Shown: positions 61,249 to 64,000 of the stretch, in pieces
Numbering within the stretch: position 1 is the first letter of the stretch
Layout of the letters: the number at the start of each line of letters is the position of its first letter
DNA from: an uncultured Methanoregulaceae archaeon
Lineage (GTDB): Archaea > Halobacteriota > Methanomicrobia > Methanomicrobiales > Methanospirillaceae
Assembly: GCA_963841015.1 (NCBI GenBank)
Contig: CAWJAX010000003.1
Location: 832,001-896,000 of the forward strand
DNA length: 64,000 nucleotides
Direction of reading: 5' to 3'
Notes under the pieces: model-generated
Databases searched by the model: none
Seen by the model: only the letters and a program-made list of their open reading frames with translations
What the model was told of the DNA's origin: nothing
Program-made: the position numbers and the translations under genes

Positions 61249-62382
61249 ATGACGGAATTCAGTTTCCCGGTAGGCTACCACCAGTTCCATACCGTGAAGA
61301 TCATAAATTTCCAGCTCAACCGCTGGCACTCGCTTGGGTATGCACGCTTTGGGGATCTTGTAAGAGCAGCCCAGATGATCAAAACGTTGGATGACTGGAA
61401 AGGTGTTATGGTGAACCTGGCACAGGAAGCCGAGGCTGAACAACGGTGGATGAATGCTGCTTTCTATTACCGGGCTGCAGAATTCTTCGTGCTGCCCTCG
61501 GTGCCGGACAAAGAGGTCCTGTACAACAAATTCACCGATATTTTTTACACCAAAGTATTTGCCGGTGAATCGTTCAAACGATTTCTCGTCCCGTACGAAC
61601 ATACCCATCTCCCCGCCATTTGTATCCCCTCGGCACTGCCTGAATCCAAAGGGACGATTGTCATCCAGGGAGGATTTGACTCATTCATCGAAGAGTTTTA
61701 CTCTCTGGCGGTATACTTCTCCAGTCAAAGGTTTGATACAATCATGTTCGAGGGTCCGGGACAAGGGGCTGCATTAAAAAAATACGGTCTTCCGCTCACT
61801 TGTAAGTGGGAAAAACCGGTGAAGGCAATATTGGACTATTTTCATCTGGACGACGTGACCTTGCTCGGAATATCCATGGGAGGCTGGCTGTGTTTCCGTG
61901 CAGCGGCATATGAGCCAAGAATTCGCCGGGTTATCGCACTGAGTATCGCGTTTGACTACATGCAGATCCCCTCTCTGCCCATCCAGCTGCTGGTGAAGAT
62001 CCTGCTGCAGTCGAGGGGGCTGATGGATTATCTTGCCCGGATAAAAATGAACGCAAATTACCAGGAGCGGTGGGGGATCAACAATCTGATGTATATCACA
62101 AAAACAACAACGCCGATGGATGCAACGGATGTACTTCTCCAGTTCAATGAACACAACCTGCATTCAGAACTCGTGAAACAGGATGTCCTGATCCTGACCG
62201 GGGCTGAAGATCATTTCATCCCGTTAAAAATGCATTACAAACAGGTAAATGCCCTCAAAAATGCCAAATCGGTGACCGCCCGCATCTTTACGCAAAAGGA
62301 TCAAGCCCAGAACCACTGCCAGATCGGGAACATCGGGCTTGCCCTTGATGTCATGGAGAAATGGATCGAAGCGAAGTCGTAA
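61249..62382 (+). CDS. Alpha/beta hydrolase (FrsA/DHPON-hydrolase-like)
   Basis: GGFDS..EE, FEGPGQG, GISMGG nucleophile elbow, EDH, HCQ.GN motifs. Confidence 0.88.
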   Translation: MTEFSFPVGYHQFHTVKIINFQLNRWHSLGYARFGDLVRAAQMIKTLDDWKGVMVNLAQEAEAEQRWMNAAFYYRAAEFFVLPSVPDKEVLYNKFTDIFYTKVFAGESFKRFLVPYEHTHLPAICIPSALPESKGTIVIQGGFDSFIEEFYSLAVYFSSQRFDTIMFEGPGQGAALKKYGLPLTCKWEKPVKAILDYFHLDDVTLLGISMGGWLCFRAAAYEPRIRRVIALSIAFDYMQIPSLPIQLLVKILLQSRGLMDYLARIKMNANYQERWGINNLMYITKTTTPMDATDVLLQFNEHNLHSELVKQDVLILTGAEDHFIPLKMHYKQVNALKNAKSVTARIFTQKDQAQNHCQIGNIGLALDVMEKWIEAKS

Positions 62383-62454
62383 TCCATGGGTCAATTTTCC
62401 AGGTGAGGAGTTCTCCAGATTGAAAAATTAATAAATTTAACACTAAATTTATCT

Positions 62455-62928
62455 ATGGGACTTTTTGTTGATTATGTCATAACATCTTCCACAATAATTG
62501 ACGTGACTCCTGAACAGATCTGGAATTTTTTTTACCATATCGAGAAAAATTATGAAACCTGGCATGATGACCATGATTTTTGGCACTGGACGAAGGGAGA
62601 CCCTCTTGAAGTAGGCTCAAAAATTGATTCTCAGGAAACCGTCGGGGGGCATAAAGGAGGAATAAAAGCAACGGTTATCGAGTCTGTTAAAAACCAAAAA
62701 ATTGTGTTAAGGCCTGCCTGGCCTCTCTCTTTCATGTGTCCCAAACTCGAATGGATAATTGAAAAAAAAGGTGAAGATACATATTTTATCGCTCATACAC
62801 ACTATGTTTTCGGAAAAATATTCCTTACTTTTAAGAAAAAATCCGTTGATGAAATTTTATTTTTAACACAGAAACACATGGAAGAAGAAGGAGAGAATTT
62901 GAAAAGAATCTTAGAGAAAAATAAATAG
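62455..62928 (+). CDS. SRPBCC/START-like family protein
   Basis: I...PEQIW.F......Y..WH pattern; C-terminal HM.EEG.NLK..LE helix. Confidence 0.65.
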   Translation: MGLFVDYVITSSTIIDVTPEQIWNFFYHIEKNYETWHDDHDFWHWTKGDPLEVGSKIDSQETVGGHKGGIKATVIESVKNQKIVLRPAWPLSFMCPKLEWIIEKKGEDTYFIAHTHYVFGKIFLTFKKKSVDEILFLTQKHMEEEGENLKRILEKNK

Positions 62929-63102
62929 GATCTATTGAGTTCCTCATTGAGAATAAGAAGCAAGAACGTTGCATACAGTTTTACAAAGAGCGTTTGGTCG
63001 ATACTCCCGGTTTCCGGAACCGGATGTCTGGCGTGTTTTCCCATAAATGAAGAGAAATGCTTTGTAGAAGAGATTCATAGAGATATGCACAGTGAAAAAG
63101 TC

Positions 63103-63330
63103 ATGGCAAAAAAATCCAAGCCACCAGTTAAAGTGGAAAAAGCAGTAGTAAAAGAAGAAACCGAAGTCGTAAAAGAAGAGGCTCCAGCATCAGTTAAAGA
63201 AGAGACTACAGTATCAGGAAAAGAGGGGGAGGGAATTGATTTTTTCTATATACTTGCTGGGGGAGGGGCATTGATAGGAGTAATTCTTCTCATTTTTCTC
63301 ATTTTCCGTTATGTGTTACATATGATATAA
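63103..63330 (+). CDS. Small tail-anchored protein (Lys/Glu/Val-rich, C-terminal TM)
   Basis: MAKKSKPPVKVEK..(VKEE)x3...FFYILAGGGALIGVILLIFLIFRY. Confidence 0.6.
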   Translation: MAKKSKPPVKVEKAVVKEETEVVKEEAPASVKEETTVSGKEGEGIDFFYILAGGGALIGVILLIFLIFRYVLHMI

Positions 63331-63473
63331 TTCTCGCAAATCGTCATTTTTTTACCCAATGCTGAACGATGCAGACAGATTTCATTTCTGAAGTTCCTCT
63401 CTTGTAGTCTTTTTTTATTTTAAAAAAATGAAAACGCAAATGTTTTCGTGTTTCCTTTCAAAACTACAGGGTA

Positions 63474-64000
63474 ATGGCTTTTCTCTCACCGTCGTCATCT
63501 AAAATTGTCAAAGCTCTTGGGGTTGTTTTTGGAGATATCGGCACCAGCCCCATTTACACAATCGGTGCCATCCTGCTTTTTATCCTGCCCACAATAGAAA
63601 ATATTCTCGGACTCCTCTCCCTCATTGTCTGGTCGCTAATTATCATCATTTCCGTGCAATATGCATGGCTTGCCATGAATCTCGGAAGCAAGGGAGAGGG
63701 GGGAACAATAGTGCTCAAAGGTCTGCTCACTTCTGACCTGAAAAATCCACAGGCGATTTCGTTCGTATCTGTACTTACCCTAATCGGTGTAGCCCTTTTC
63801 ATTGGGGATGGAGTGATTACTCCTGCCATCAGTATCCTGTCAGCGGTTGAAGGTATCCGGCTGATACCGGGGTTTGCCGGGATCTGGGGCGGGTGGATTC
63901 TATTGACCGGTATCTGTATTGCTTGTGCCTTGTTTATATTCCAGAAAAAAGGGACGGAGCGTGTCGCCTGGGCGTTCGGGCCGATCATGCTGGTCTGGTT
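63474..64000 (+). CDS. kup: KUP/HAK/KT potassium transporter (5' part; runs off window end)
   Basis: Manual translation: ALGVVFGDIGTSPIYT, GEGG, GDGVITPAISILSAVEG, FQKKGT..V...FGP.M..W. Confidence 0.93.
   Translation, partial: MAFLSPSSSKIVKALGVVFGDIGTSPIYTIGAILLFILPTIENILGLLSLIVWSLIIIISVQYAWLAMNLGSKGEGGTIVLKGLLTSDLKNPQAISFVSVLTLIGVALFIGDGVITPAISILSAVEGIRLIPGFAGIWGGWILLTGICIACALFIFQKKGTERVAWAFGPIMLVW

Overview
The window is 64 kb of mostly core chromosome from a hydrogenotrophic methanogen, most consistent with Methanomicrobiales/Methanoregulaceae (inferred from gene content and order, not from a database search). It carries rpoH-rpoB''-rpoB', four tRNAs (Lys-TTT, Pro-GGG, Gly-CCC, Thr-CGT), a DUF89-PRK-PfkA sugar-phosphate cluster, and the elp3-priS-GINS-L44e-S27e-aIF2a-nop10-PAC2-endoQ string. 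It also holds ferredoxin-GGR, egsA, proS, thiM-thiE, and one contiguous eha hydrogenase plus fmdDBAC operon. The most notable items are: (1) one polypeptide fusing a Zn-ribbon/PUA-like/PAPS-reductase-family [4Fe-4S] domain to a SufS cysteine desulfurase, a DndC+DndA-like pairing without dnd partners; (2) three copies of a non-coding ISL3-like MITE with TIRs, 8-bp TSDs and possible covarying hairpins; (3) a receptor-like beta-helix/TM/Hanks kinase next to a wHTH-FHA regulator; (4) an Eha-ferredoxin/FwdG fusion joining the eha and fmd genes. Eight genes carry single-base frameshifts that are probably assembly indels. No CRISPR array, rRNA or intact transposase was seen. Product calls rest on motif recognition by eye.
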